Assembly: GCF_018977255.1 (NCBI RefSeq)
Contig: NW_024704743.1
Span: forward strand, 6,760,001-6,824,000
Direction of reading: 5' to 3'
From: Callorhinchus milii
Lineage: Eukaryota
Length of the DNA: 64,000 bases
In this document: positions 25,066 to 37,455 of the stretch, piece after piece
Position numbering within the stretch: position 1 is the stretch's first letter
Layout: the number at the start of each line of letters is the position of its first letter
The notes under the pieces: model-generated
Database searches by the model: none
Told to the model about the DNA's origin: nothing
Seen by the model: the letters and a program-made list of their open reading frames with translations, nothing else
Made by a program: the position numbers and the translations under genes

Positions 25066-27036
25066 TACATAGAGGGTTATGTTGAATTTTGCTCCTCCTT
25101 CACTTTAATCATAAGGATGCAATTCACAGCACTTTAATGATTAAAATTCTGAAATCCAGTTCCCCAATTGCCTACAAGATGAAGTGCCAAGCAGAGCAGG
25201 ACACTGGCCGAGTTTTCCCTCCTTGATCCCGGGAACGGGGGTGGGTGGGTAGGCATGTGGTGGAGAGTGTTTAGGCAGCTGACACCAACAGTAGCGCCTG
25301 AATTATAGACATGTCTGCTATCAGCAAACTTAGCAGAGACAGAGATTCAAACTTGTGAGCCACGTGGAACAGAGGGTCAGAAGTCTGAAGCCTGGGCTGT
25401 GCTAAATTAGCTGATATGAGTCATGGTTATAGTTTAGGCACAACTGCTGGACTCCACCCTCTCTGGATTGAGGGGAGAGGGAGGGAGGGAGAGTGGGGCT
25501 GGAGGGGAGAGAGAGTGGGGTGGGGGGGTAAAGAAGAGGAGAATGAAATCACATCCTGACTGCTATCAGGAGACCCCTGCTGGAAACTGCATATTTCGAT
25601 GTCGGATGGGGACAGAACAGAAAATGCATTTGATGAACCTGTTAAAGCTTGAGGTCAACACTCACACGTGAGTAATAAGCACTCAGCAGGAGGTAAGAAA
25701 GAGTGACCATGTGTAGAACTTCTCCTCAGCAGAAGGAAAAAGGAGCCAAAATGACTTGAGTACAGAAAGAGCAAATAATGAAGGAAAAAAGCTGGCAGAA
25801 TAATACATTGAAAACACTGACTAATTTTTAATCAACCTGAAAACTTTTAATTGCCTTCCCAAAAACTAGTGAACGCGTAAAACCGCAGATTGCAAAACAC
25901 ATCAGTGAAGCATACACTTAATATATTTTGACAATTTACTGCAAGAGAACAAAATTCCTTGAAACCTCGTCACGGTTTATAAACTGATGATAATAATCCT
26001 TGCATTTGATACAGGCCTTACCACGTTGTTGGGATATTTCAAAGCGCTTCACAGAATATAGTGTAAAATGAATTTACTGTATATTTTGTGGATGATAATG
26101 ATGTTTCCACAAATTTATTTTCAGGTAACAATGCATAAATTAAATTGACAGAAAATACTGTACCATGAAAGCTCTTCTTGCATACTAAAAGCCTCAATAT
26201 AAACTCCAAAATTTAGACCTTTTGCTTTTCTGCATTAATTGGATTAACTAAATATAATCAGAGCATTCACCAACTGACTGGTACAAGTATCTGTAATGTT
26301 ACAGATACACTATGGACCAATTCCAGTAAAAGGTAGCAGTCAACATGAACCCTGCACTACCGACAACTGTTAATTTATAGCTCCATTTCACAGAATCGCC
26401 TGACTGATATTATAAAAACATTGCTATTGGATGGTACTGAATTAAAAAGAAATTCTGGAAATAACTGGACTTAACATTTCCACTCATTTCATTCAAGCTC
26501 CACTGTCAAACAGCCAGAATACCAGCCGCAAATCTCGGCTGTTTATGTGGTCTTTTATTCAGAGACTCAACTTGTAATTCTAGTAAGAACATGGGGCCAT
26601 AGTAGCTCTTAACCATAAGAGAGTGATTTAACTGTTACTTTTACACTGTCAAACATCAGAACGTGAAAGAATACCTGCAAAATGTTGCTTTTAAAAATCT
26701 CAAACTTTGTGACCATTGAGCCAAAAACACCAACGAATGCATGAATCCTCATATCCAGCTTCAACAAAAAATTAAATTGCTTCTGAAACTGGAACAAATG
26801 ACCGTAATAGAACATTCAGTTCTCCCGGTTAATCCAATATCTCTGCATTGTGCTTTATCCAGTGCATGAAGTTCAACTGTAATGCTTTCAGTTATTTCTT
26901 GCATAATTTTAATAGGTTAATTTAGTTTTGTTCCACATATAGATCAGTCTTCTCCTAGCATTTCATCAACAAATGGGAGGAGACCACTCCACACGAACAC
27001 GCGATGACGCGAGGAGGACACAAAGATCCAGAGGAC

Positions 27037-27361
27037 AATAATAATAATAATAATCCTTGCATTTGATATAGCGCTTTTCACGTCGGGAGGACGTCCCAAA
27101 GCGCTTCACAGAACACACTGTAAAGTGAATTGACTGTATATTTGTGGGCGAACGCGGCAGCTAATTGCGCACAGCAATGTCCCACAAACAGTCGTAGATT
27201 GAAAATGACCAATTTAATTATTGTTTTTTTTTTTTTTGGAGGGATTATTATTAGGCGTGTGGAGTAAGGAAACTTGCCCAAGGTTTCGCCCTGTCTGGAA
27301 TTGAACTCAGGTCTCTCACTTGCAAAGCGAGTGCTCTAACCACTGAGCTACAGGACTCCAC
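27037..27361 (-). mobile_element. tRNA(Ala)-derived SINE, short variant
   Basis: Reverse complement nearly identical to 20205-20536. Confidence 0.93.
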
Positions 27362-29446
27362 AATGCGCTTGTGAGAAAAACAGCTGGGATAGCAGTAAAA
27401 AAAAATGAAAACAATAATTTGCATTTATATAGTGCCCCTCATGCAGGGTAGCATCCCAGAGTACTTTATAAAAATACCAAGGAGATTGATACTTGGGAAG
27501 GAACTCCCCTTCAGAGAAAGAGGGAAAGAAATGGGAATTTTTTTACATTTTTATAAACTATTTTTCAATTTTTGCATCTTTTTGTCAATAGTGAATAATG
27601 GTGAACTGAGGAATGGATGACAGAGCGATCACTGAGTCAAAGTCCCGACATATGGTTTGAACCCACAACCTTCCGACTCAGGCGAGAGTGCGACCAAGTG
27701 AGCCAGGCAGAAGCAGTTGATAAAAGATTCCACCAATAGAGGTGTTCAAGGTAGTCATTCTAAAACTCTCCTACCAGTCAGTGCTTGAACAATATTTAAT
27801 GGAGACTTGGATCACAAATAATTTCTAATTCAGAAGTACCAGATACCACAACACCATCAAGACACCTGCATTTTTGGTGTGTAACAGGAATTCAGATTTA
27901 TTGACCAATTTATTTATCCATTTATGCTCTGCTCGAGTTTCAGGCAGTAAGGACATATTGCGTAACTATGGTCTCAAGTTATTCTCATGAGCCCCAAAAG
28001 CCACTGGCAGGTTAAGTGGTAACTGGATGGACCGCTACAATCAGAAGGCTCATTCCCTGTATCAATGGACTCTGTGGAGGGAATGGAATACATCAGACTA
28101 ACTTTGACTCAGTGATCACAGCAGAGGATACATCCCAGCTCTCTGCAAAAAAGTAATTGCCAATTATTTCACTGATTTACAGAGATGCTTCTTTCACTCA
28201 CTTAAATGTAGGATACCTTAACTATTATAAGCCATGCTTGCCAGTCACAGAGACACCCTGCGCATTTGAAGCTGTGATGAAGTGAACTCATCGGTTAGCT
28301 TAACCTGCTGCTTCTGGCTTTCGAGGTCCAACTAGACTTCTGTAGCCTTTGCACCTCCGTTGTGACTCCTGGCTCCACGAAACCCCGGAAACAATCTTGT
28401 GTCATCCCCCCTCTCTCCGAGTCCATGGGCCTCAGCTTGGAAACCACTGGAGTAGGCAACCTTAGACACAGATATCCTTACTATTGATCTTTTTGTTATC
28501 AGTTTGCAATGAAATTTCCATAATGAAAATACTGCTATTGCCAACAATTACCATACAATAGGCTCCAGTATTTACATAAATCCCCTAAAAAAATTCAGAT
28601 ATTCCTTTCCCCCCAGGATACAAGCCTCAATGTGAAACTTGTTGCCTTGATGGCTGCATTTTGCATTTTGTTTTTACAAGTCTAGGCAAATGCATTCAAC
28701 CCAACTTTCCTGGCTCAAACCAATTCTAGTTCTTTCAACTTTACATCACGATATTAGTGACATAGCCTACATGATACGTAAGCAAAAGAATTATAAAACA
28801 GTTGTATAACATTGAAAATGTGCATTATCAAGTAGCTTTTCGTCCACAAAATATACAGTCAATTAACTTTACATGATATTCTGTGAGCGCTATATCAAAT
28901 GCAAGGATTATTATTATTTTACTGGATCTGATTGTATTGCTATAGCTATGTTATGATCAAAGATCAGTAGTTATATCTAAGGTACAGAAAGACAATTTGC
29001 AGACTTACGTTGCAGATTTAAACAATCAAATTATTCACACTGATAACAGCTGCAGGAACAGCAGTGAGAAAATGGGCACCACTGTATTTCACTTGTTTTT
29101 CACAGCAGCATTCTTGAAGCAATCACAAGATTGGATTTCAATAATTAAAGGTAGCACTGTGACACATGGGTATGGGCACATTATAGCGCACGTTGATGAG
29201 AGAATAAATTAATTTGAAAGGAAATTTAGTAAATTTGCCACAAGCTCTAAAGGTAGATAACCAGCCATTCTAAGACGTGGAAACAAAGCTATTTGGTGCA
29301 ACAATATTTAGATTTCCATATAAAAAGGTCTGGTTCTCATCTATCTTTTTCTGAGCCACTGTCAAGAAAGGAAATGAGAATGAAGAAATGAAACAACTAG
29401 CAGACAAGAAACAAAGGATTAGATTGCTCTAAGTCTATTTGCTCAC

Positions 29447-29488
29447 CTATATAGAGTCCGTTGATAACGCCACCATATTCAGCATCTT
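29447..29488 (-). CDS. MPP7: Candidate MPP7 HOOK cassette exon, 42 nt (39 nt with the distal NAGNAG acceptor), phase 1-1
   Basis: Branch-like ctctaac, pyrimidine tract, cttcctcCAG|AAG|ATGCT...ATAG|GTgagc. Reads (E)DAEYGGVINGLYI, resembling the insert I recall before AG(F/L)RRSFRL in fish MPP7 isoforms. Confidence 0.8.
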   Translation of the reverse strand, partial: KMLNMVALSTDSI

Positions 29489-32400
29489 CTGGAGGAAGGG
29501 TATAAGCACAAAGAATAAAGGCCAGGAAAAGAAGCAGAGTAGTTAGAGGTTCAGCCACAAATGCAGATACAAAGCAAGCCAACAAGCTAAGGTAAAGTAA
29601 TCTAAATTTCCTCAGGTTAACCAAGAATTTGCAGCTGTCAACATTAAATGCGATAGAATACTACTTTGTATATTTCTGTAGATGCATTAACAAATGATTT
29701 GGTTAATAGCAAAAAAAGTTACTTTAAACCAATACATTTTGAGAGCAAGCTTTGGTTTATAACTCAGAAATTGCCTTTGTGAAAATGGCAACTCGGAAAG
29801 CTCTAATAGCTTTCAAAACTTAAGTGGAAAGCAGTGCAGGATGTTATTCTAATTGTACACAAGAGCTATGGTCATCTGCATCATTTAGGTATTATTCTCC
29901 CTTTCTCTGCCTCCCACCTCCAGCCAAGTCAATCCGTACAATTGGGCGTTGGCTACAAACTGCACTTCAAATTAATGTTATTGCTGTTAACACGATGAAC
30001 ACTATTCACCAGTGCTTATTTTTCCTCCCACCACAATTTCCTTGTGATCGTTTAAAAGGAAGAGAATCATTTTAACTGAACGAGACAAGTTTTAAGTGGC
30101 ATCTTGTTACATCTGGCAATGTGTGTTGTAATTACTAGGTAATTTGAAAATGCTATTTATTCTGTAAGGACTGGCGAAAAACATACATTCAAAAACAAGT
30201 CGGAAGTAAATACTTGCAGTACTTATGAAGATTTAAACCCCTCTCACCATCTCCCTCACCCAGGTGGACAATCTACAAAGCATTCAATAGTGATGCACAC
30301 TGATGTGCTATATGCTCAGGACAGAAATACTGGCATTATGATGGTGTAAAGTTCACTTAAAATAGAATGAAGATTGCAGTGGCTGCACAAGACATAAGAA
30401 ATACAAAGAAAGTTTAAAATAAAATCTTGTGAATGATAAATCAGATTCTAATCAACAAAATGACGACTGATTTCAAAATGTTGATTTGCGGGATTGACAG
30501 GATCAATGATTCAATTTAAAATTCAGAAAGGAATCGAATGGAATTAGAGAAATTTCTCGAATGCTTTCTGTTAAATTGCTTTATTTTTATCCCCATTTTC
30601 CTTTCCCAATCAATACTTGCAGTCGATTTGGTGACCAGTTGAGTTGTGGATTAATTTCTTAGTTTCTTATAAGAACAGAGTTCTGGTTGTAGCATTGCAG
30701 AAAGGAAATTAGTTAATGGAAAAGTACAGGTTCCCGAGTGATATCAAGGAGTGAAGGGACATACTTATAAGGATTGACTCAGAACAATTAATTGGTTTCT
30801 ATTGGGAAAAGAATGTTGAATGGGGACTTGAGGTCTTCAAAATTCTTAAAAAGATTCTGAGAATATATTCCCAATGCTTATTAAATTTGTGAGGAGAGAG
30901 AACAAGCTCAAAATTGACATTACAAGAGTTAAGAGGGAGGCTGGAAAAATTTTCACAGGGGGTGGGGGAGGGGCAGGTGGTAGAATATAGAATGTCTTGC
31001 CACATTGACACTGGGCCTTGGGACGTCCTCCTGACGTGAAAGGTGCTCTACAAATATAATTTGTTGTTGGTAATTCAAACGGAGACCATACATTTCAAAG
31101 GAAATTAGATAAACATTTGAAGAGAAAGAATAGAAATGGTTACAGAAAAAGAGCAGGGAATAAGAGATTAGAGTTTTGGGTTCACAGTGTTTGGGCAAGG
31201 ATAAGCTTTGAGCTGTGGTGTGTGTGTGTATGTGTGTGTGTAATCCAGTGTTCGAAAACATCCCAATCCTGTAGGTAACCAGCTGTGAATTACGTCACAG
31301 CAAAGGAACATCACTATGATGCAAGCTCCCGTCTGAGGAGTGTTGGAACAGTGTTCTCATGCAATGGAGTGTTCTCATGAAATGGCACATTGCACATTTT
31401 GAGCTTGTTGGTGGAATAATACGTCACACCCTTAAGCTTAAAGCATAATGAAGACCAATTCACAACACTATTCTCCACCCATAAAATCCAATTTTTAAGC
31501 AGTTTCCCAAAAATTTTCAGCGGAGGCTATTTTTGGGGAATCTTAATCTGCAAATTAAGAGTATGGAGAAATTAACATTTTTGAAAAAAAACTGTCCTAA
31601 TGTTTGAGTAGTTTTATTACTGAGACACTAATAGCTTCTCAGCATCATTACATGAGCTAAAAATGTACACCAACTGGTTAGAACACAAAGACAGGAATCT
31701 CCACACAACCAATGGCAGGTTAAGGTTGATGCCCAAGACAGTGAGGTGGAAGGTGTCACTATTTTCATCATCTTAAATCCCCGCTTCCTCCACGGGAGAG
31801 CCTCACAATGTTGTATTTCAATTGTCAGCTTGCCACTTTCATGAGCTAAAAAGGGAAATGTAACCTAGCTCTGACAGAAGCAACATTTGACGAGGCTCCT
31901 CTTCTTCTGAGTAAGTGATTGTTGGGAAGATTGTCAGGCGTCAGTGCCAACGATGAAATAGATTCACCGCCTTGACCTCCTTCAAGTCATTCTCTGTCCT
32001 CGGAGTGTCTCCAAGACTCCCTTTTCCTGTATACCTAGATTTATCTCTGAATTATTGCCAGATTTGACAAAAATTAACCTTTTCAAAGTCACTCGAACAC
32101 CAAGCTGTCACAATTATGCATCTATTCGAAAAGATCAGAGTTCTTGTAACCTTACTCTGATGTGCTGCAGTAAATCAAATGAACTTACACTGTGTTTGTA
32201 ATGACATTTGATGGCATGATTTGGGTAGCAATTCACTCGTAAATGTCCAATATAAACAGGGACACGCATAGAGCAAATCAATAAGGAGCACTGCTCTTGA
32301 CATCACCTGGAGGAGGAATCACACTGGACTTGATCCACCCAAGATCTGCTCAAAGCTCTTGGATGACCATTGGGCGACCCAAGAACTTTGAATGGATGTT

Positions 32401-33051
32401 TTGAATGCTCTGAACGAGTCCTGTGATGACACATTAGAAGCCAAACATCCAATATTTATATAAGCAGAACACCAAGAGCGGGCACTGGCTCTTGGCAATG
32501 CAACAACAGCATTATCGAACAACAATCGAGAGATGCAAAACATGTGTTTCCCTCTGGACACAGTGGTGGCAGAAATCCAGTGCACCACTTGCTGTGAAAT
32601 TCCAGCAGATATTTGTATGCTATTATTCTACCTCAGCCCATTTTTCAGGAAAATCTCAGTGAATATCAGTGCAGCACAAACTTCCCACGTTGCAAACAGA
32701 ACCGTTAAACAATTGTGAACAATGGACTACAAGTCACAATTGTTTCTGTTCTCTTTGTAAAATAGTGTTGAGAGACCACCAACGAATTATACATCTCACT
32801 CACAACTGCAAAGAAACAATTGCTGAAACAGATTCACATCACATTAGGTTTTGCCAAAAATGAATTAACATAACATGACAATAGCTTCCGTTCTGCAGTC
32901 AAATGAAAATGCAAAAATACCTTCAGTTTCCTCTGGGAAGCAGAAAGGAATTGAAAAACCGCAAGATTAAAATGGCTAGAAATGAAACTGATCAAAATTA
33001 TTACTGCGATTAAATCACTTAATGAAAGACAGCAAAAGAAAGATAACCTAC

Positions 33052-33072
33052 CACTCTCAACAGTTTCCTCAT
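33052..33072 (-). CDS. MPP7: Candidate MPP7 HOOK microexon, 21 nt, phase 1-1
   Basis: Long U-rich tract then ggctgttctaAG|ATGAGGAAACTGTTGAGAGTG|GTaggt. In frame it reads (Y)EETVES. Confidence 0.75.
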
Positions 33073-35149
33073 CTTAGAACAGCCAAAAAAAACAGAGGAA
33101 AAAAAACAGAGATTTTTGCCTTTTTATAACTATCAACAAGGTAAAAAAATGAACACTCAAAACCACTTAACTCACTTGGAACAGATAGGATTTGCAATCA
33201 GAAATGGGTACGTCGTGCAAATAGACAGAACATTTCCAAGGTTTGTTAAGCTCAACAGTCTTTGCATTCCAGGTTGAAAGTGCTTTCCTTAAAAAAAATA
33301 CCAGCCTTGCATTTGGATAGAAAACAAAAATCTATAATTTTCTTTGATAATTTATACTAAGTTTGCCAATAAATGATTCACTTGGGAGTCTCAAATGTTG
33401 GGCCTTGGAATGCAATCCACTTTTTTCCTATAATATATTTTTCTGAAGTAATTTTCAATGCAATATAATTTTTATAACCCCCGGCCATTGCTTTTACTAA
33501 CATAAAAGAGTAAATGTTTCTGCATAAAGATATAGGTTCGGCGTCAGGATAGCTGTCTTTACTTTCTCCATTTGGAGCATTTATATTATACTAGCGTTTG
33601 TTTATCATGTACCTCATCTTGTGAACAGATCTGGCAGAACACTACACAATCAATAGTTTGAGAGTTAATGTCCTTTTTGGAAATAGAATCGCAGTCTATA
33701 TCACTGTATTTAGACTTGTGCCTTTCTGACAATTTAGTCCCTTAAATCACACTTATGGTCTGAGCCTCCTCCTCTTGGTTTACACAGATTCAAGAGAAAG
33801 GGTACTAATTTTTAAATTATTTTATGTCTAAAGTACTCAAGTTAATTAAGTAAACTGATTAAGAGAAATTCCTGCAAGAAGTTCCCACTACAGATGAAGT
33901 TCATTGCTGCAAGATGTAAAATTGCTTGCAAATAACTGCTTTACATTATTTCTAAACTTTTGGCCTTTTGAAAATTGGTACCATGCACAAAGCATTCTTT
34001 CTTTTGTCTCTGTTCAAGTTCAAATGCAACTGAATGTGGTACCGCAGTTGAGACAAAACTTGGTGGTTAAACTAGGTTACATCTTGTTCAAATGAATAAC
34101 ATTTGGATGCAGTTAAAAACTTCCTCCTGTTCATGTGGTCTTAATTCCATAAATCGAAGTTAAATAAAAATGAAAAAATATAACTAAACGCTATCAAAAC
34201 TTGTAGGGACCTTATAATGTACGTTTACAAGCCATTTCTGGTGCTGTAATAATGTTCAAAATTGTCTAGGGTAACAAAAGGTACAGAGGGCTTCTTTTAA
34301 TTCATTCATGGAAAATGCATATTTGAGAACATGGCAGTCCAGCTGCTTAAATCAAACACTTAAAAAAGAGTACATCATGTTTAGTATTAAATTGCCATCG
34401 TTGTTTTTTTTCCAAATAGTTGGGGAGACTGAGACTTTGGAAAGAATTTGACTGCAGCAGTAATGTGACTGTTTCTCCTCAGGCAACTACAGTGAAAAAT
34501 ATAATTCTTTGAACTGATGTTCCCCCCAAATAACCACCATATTTCTATCTCAGGTGAGAATTCTATAACCAGAGCTCCTGTAATTCATTCTGGTTCTGGC
34601 AGCATGGGACAAATTAATAGGGACTAAAAACTGGCAAGTTTTTCTTATTTTAAAATGTTGTATCAATTGAACTAATCGCAGTCGTAAAATGGAACTCAGA
34701 ACATGTCAAATGTTCGTACTGTGAAATGAAGCCACAGGCAAACAAGCTTCCAACATTTATCAGAGGTGAAGGTTAAGGAAGCAACTCAAGACTCAACATA
34801 GCATAGCATTCCACTGCCAACCAGGTGCTCAGTATTTTAGAGGCCCTACTGTCGTAATTTTCTTTCATCAATTTGGGGTTTCACCCCTTCACGGGCACTG
34901 CCCGATATGAAATCTCGCACGACACTGGGATAAATCAAGGTGTGGCAAGGTTGGAAGGGCAACAGCATTAAGCCTTCCCTGGTTGGCAGAATGGTGAGCA
35001 GCCTGCAAGATGGGAGAAATGGAGGAAAGACTCAAAGAAGCAGATCTAAAATGACTGCACTGAAACATCCAGGATTGTATTATCTAAAGATATTTACCGA
35101 AACATTCAAGTAAAAACATCTATGGCTAGCAAATGGGTTATTGACTCAC

Positions 35150-35214
35150 ATGATCGTCTACTGGAATTCCTTTGTGGTTGAACAAATGCTACAGGTCTTC
35201 TAAGTGCAAATCTC
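35150..35214 (-). CDS. MPP7: MPP7 coding exon (HOOK), 65 nt, phase 2-1
   Basis: Acceptor tctttctgcAG, donor T|GTgagt. Translates (R)RFALRRPVAFVQPQRNSSRRS; phases fit both neighbours. Confidence 0.92.
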
Positions 35215-35732
35215 CTGCAGAAAGACAATTACAAGAAGAAAGTTGATATTGGAGCCATAGGTAATTCGAGTGAAATAGAAGAGGGGAAAAGCACAGGAAA
35301 AAAAACATATACTTCCATTTTAATCTTGCAAATAATCTGAAGAAAACAATGCAATAGATTTATGTGCAGACAGGATAAATCCTTCAGTTTTCAGACTTTG
35401 GTAGTGGAGCCAGAAAATCTGAAACCAAGAGCAAGCCTTGCACATCAAACTGTGGTGTGCTGTTTCCATGCACCCTTTTCCAAACTGGAATGCCACTGAT
35501 GCTATCATTTACTGTCATTACTTCGAGTTTTGAGGAAATCCAAAATATTTTGGCATTGATTTTGCACAGTAATTATATTATACACAAACATGCTGTTTTC
35601 ATACCAATGCAATCAGAAAACAAAGCTTTTTCAAAGATATCTTCTTTCAATTTGCATTTTTGCACAAAACTATGCTTATAAAGCTCTGCCACATGATTAT
35701 GACACTGTTGTGGCTGTATATTTAGTAGCTAC

Positions 35733-35929
35733 CTCTCCTGGAACTGCTTTGAAGGGATTAGACCTGCTCTCAGATTGGCATCACACTCGCGCTTGGCTTG
35801 CCACCAGGTTCCATCATCTTGGCTGACGATCTGAAGGATATCTCCCTTCTTGAAAGAAAGCCCAGCTTCTTTACATGGAATAGCTTTATCCTCGTTAGGA
35901 TCATAGTCAAACAGGGTCCTGACAAACAT
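35733..35929 (-). CDS. MPP7: MPP7 coding exon (SH3), 197 nt, phase 0-2
   Basis: Acceptor tgttgccAG, donor AG|GTagct. Translates [65 protein letters not shown](R), a MAGUK SH3 domain. Confidence 0.97.
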
Positions 35930-36279
35930 CTGGCAACAAAAGAAAACATTTGTGTGTCAGATCACAACAGCTCCTCCAATTGTGAACAATTTACATGGCA
36001 TTATTGTAGGCACGCTGTGGAAAGTGAGCAAGAGGCTAAAGCAATTGAATCCTCATTTTGATGTTTGGGGGACGGGGACGGACAAAGCAGAAAAATATTC
36101 ACAATATTGTCAAAACACTTTAGTAACCAACATGAATAATACAGAAGGGAGAAAAGAGACCATGAGGAGAAAACCGAAGACTGGCCAAATAAAACAATAT
36201 TCCTCAGTTCAAAAGATTGAATGCATTATGGTTGTGCTTCAGTTGTAAGGACCCCAATTTATCATAGAATCAGAGTTGA

Positions 36280-36975
36280 GCTAATCTTTCACAATCATAT
36301 CTAAAGCTTTCAGAATTTAGATTGCTAAGAGGGAATGATCTCCTCTGGTCCATCTCCATAGACGTAATTTTTTGAGCCAATAAAATCATAACTATAACTC
36401 CTCATTCCTGCTTTTCTATACCATCCTTTCCATGGCTCCTTTACATAATGAGGTGCCCAAAACTATGTGTATTGTTCCAACTCTGGGTGAAGCAATGTCC
36501 TGCGTTCCAATTAGCATCACTTCCTTGCTTTTTATTGAATACCCCAGGTATTTTACTCAGTACATAAAATTAATCATAATCCTTACTTCTTTGGCCTTTT
36601 CCACCTGCAGTACCACCTTCAAAAATCTGCATATCTGTACGGCTACATATCTACATTTCTCAGCATCAGAATATTTTATGTCTTTGTTCTTTGTCCCGAA
36701 ATGTATGACGCCACATTTCTCAATTTTAAACTGCGTTTACCAACTATCGACCACAAAATACACAAAGCCACAAAACTTGTATCCAAAGTATCATAGCTTG
36801 TTTCTAAAGATACCTTGTGAATACGTCTCTACGACGTGATAGGGCGCCAGATCAAATACAAAGATTATTATTGTTATTTATTATTATCTACCCACTCTGC
36901 TGTGATGTATGTCCTCCTTCCTCAGCTTTCTATATCCTAGATTTGGCAACTTCAGCAAACTCAGAAATTATTTAA
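36280..36975 (-). mobile_element. Degenerate CR1 fragment with nested SINE tail
   Basis: gtgcccaaaact...ccaccttcaaaaatctgcatatctg...cccgaaatgtatgacgccacatttctc parallels the 19223 CR1. Confidence 0.65.
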
Positions 36976-37139
36976 ACTATGCCAAGTTATAAACCAATGT
37001 TCGAAATGTTTACAAAAGAGGAAACGTGAAGATAGGATAATCTTGAATTCCTGAAACCAAACTATTTTCCAGCCTGCAGTGTGTATACATTAGGACTTTT
37101 AAAGGGTTTGGACAATTGAAATTGAAATATGGACAATTG

Positions 37140-37455
37140 AAATATGGTCAACGCGTCTGAGTCAGAAAGTCATAGGTTCAAGCCCCATTGCGACTTGGAA
37201 CCCACAGTCTAGACTGACTCACTTCAATACTAACTGGGGAGTGCTGCATTGGCAGAGGTGCCATGCTTCGGATAAGACATTAAACTGAGGTTCTGCCTGT
37301 GCCTTTTCTGGTGAGTTTTCAAGATTCTATGGCACTATTCGAAAAGAGATGGAAGTTGCTCCTGGTGTCCCAGCCAAACAAACAAGTAAAAAACTGATCC
37401 CTGACGTCAAGGCTGTTCAATTGCTGTGGGCACATTTGCTGCCGCATTCGGCAAC
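37140..37455 (+). mobile_element. Old Deu-domain SINE
   Basis: tctgagtcagaaagtcataggttcaagcccca...aagattctatggcactattcgaaaagag; homologous to the 18025 copy. Confidence 0.75.
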
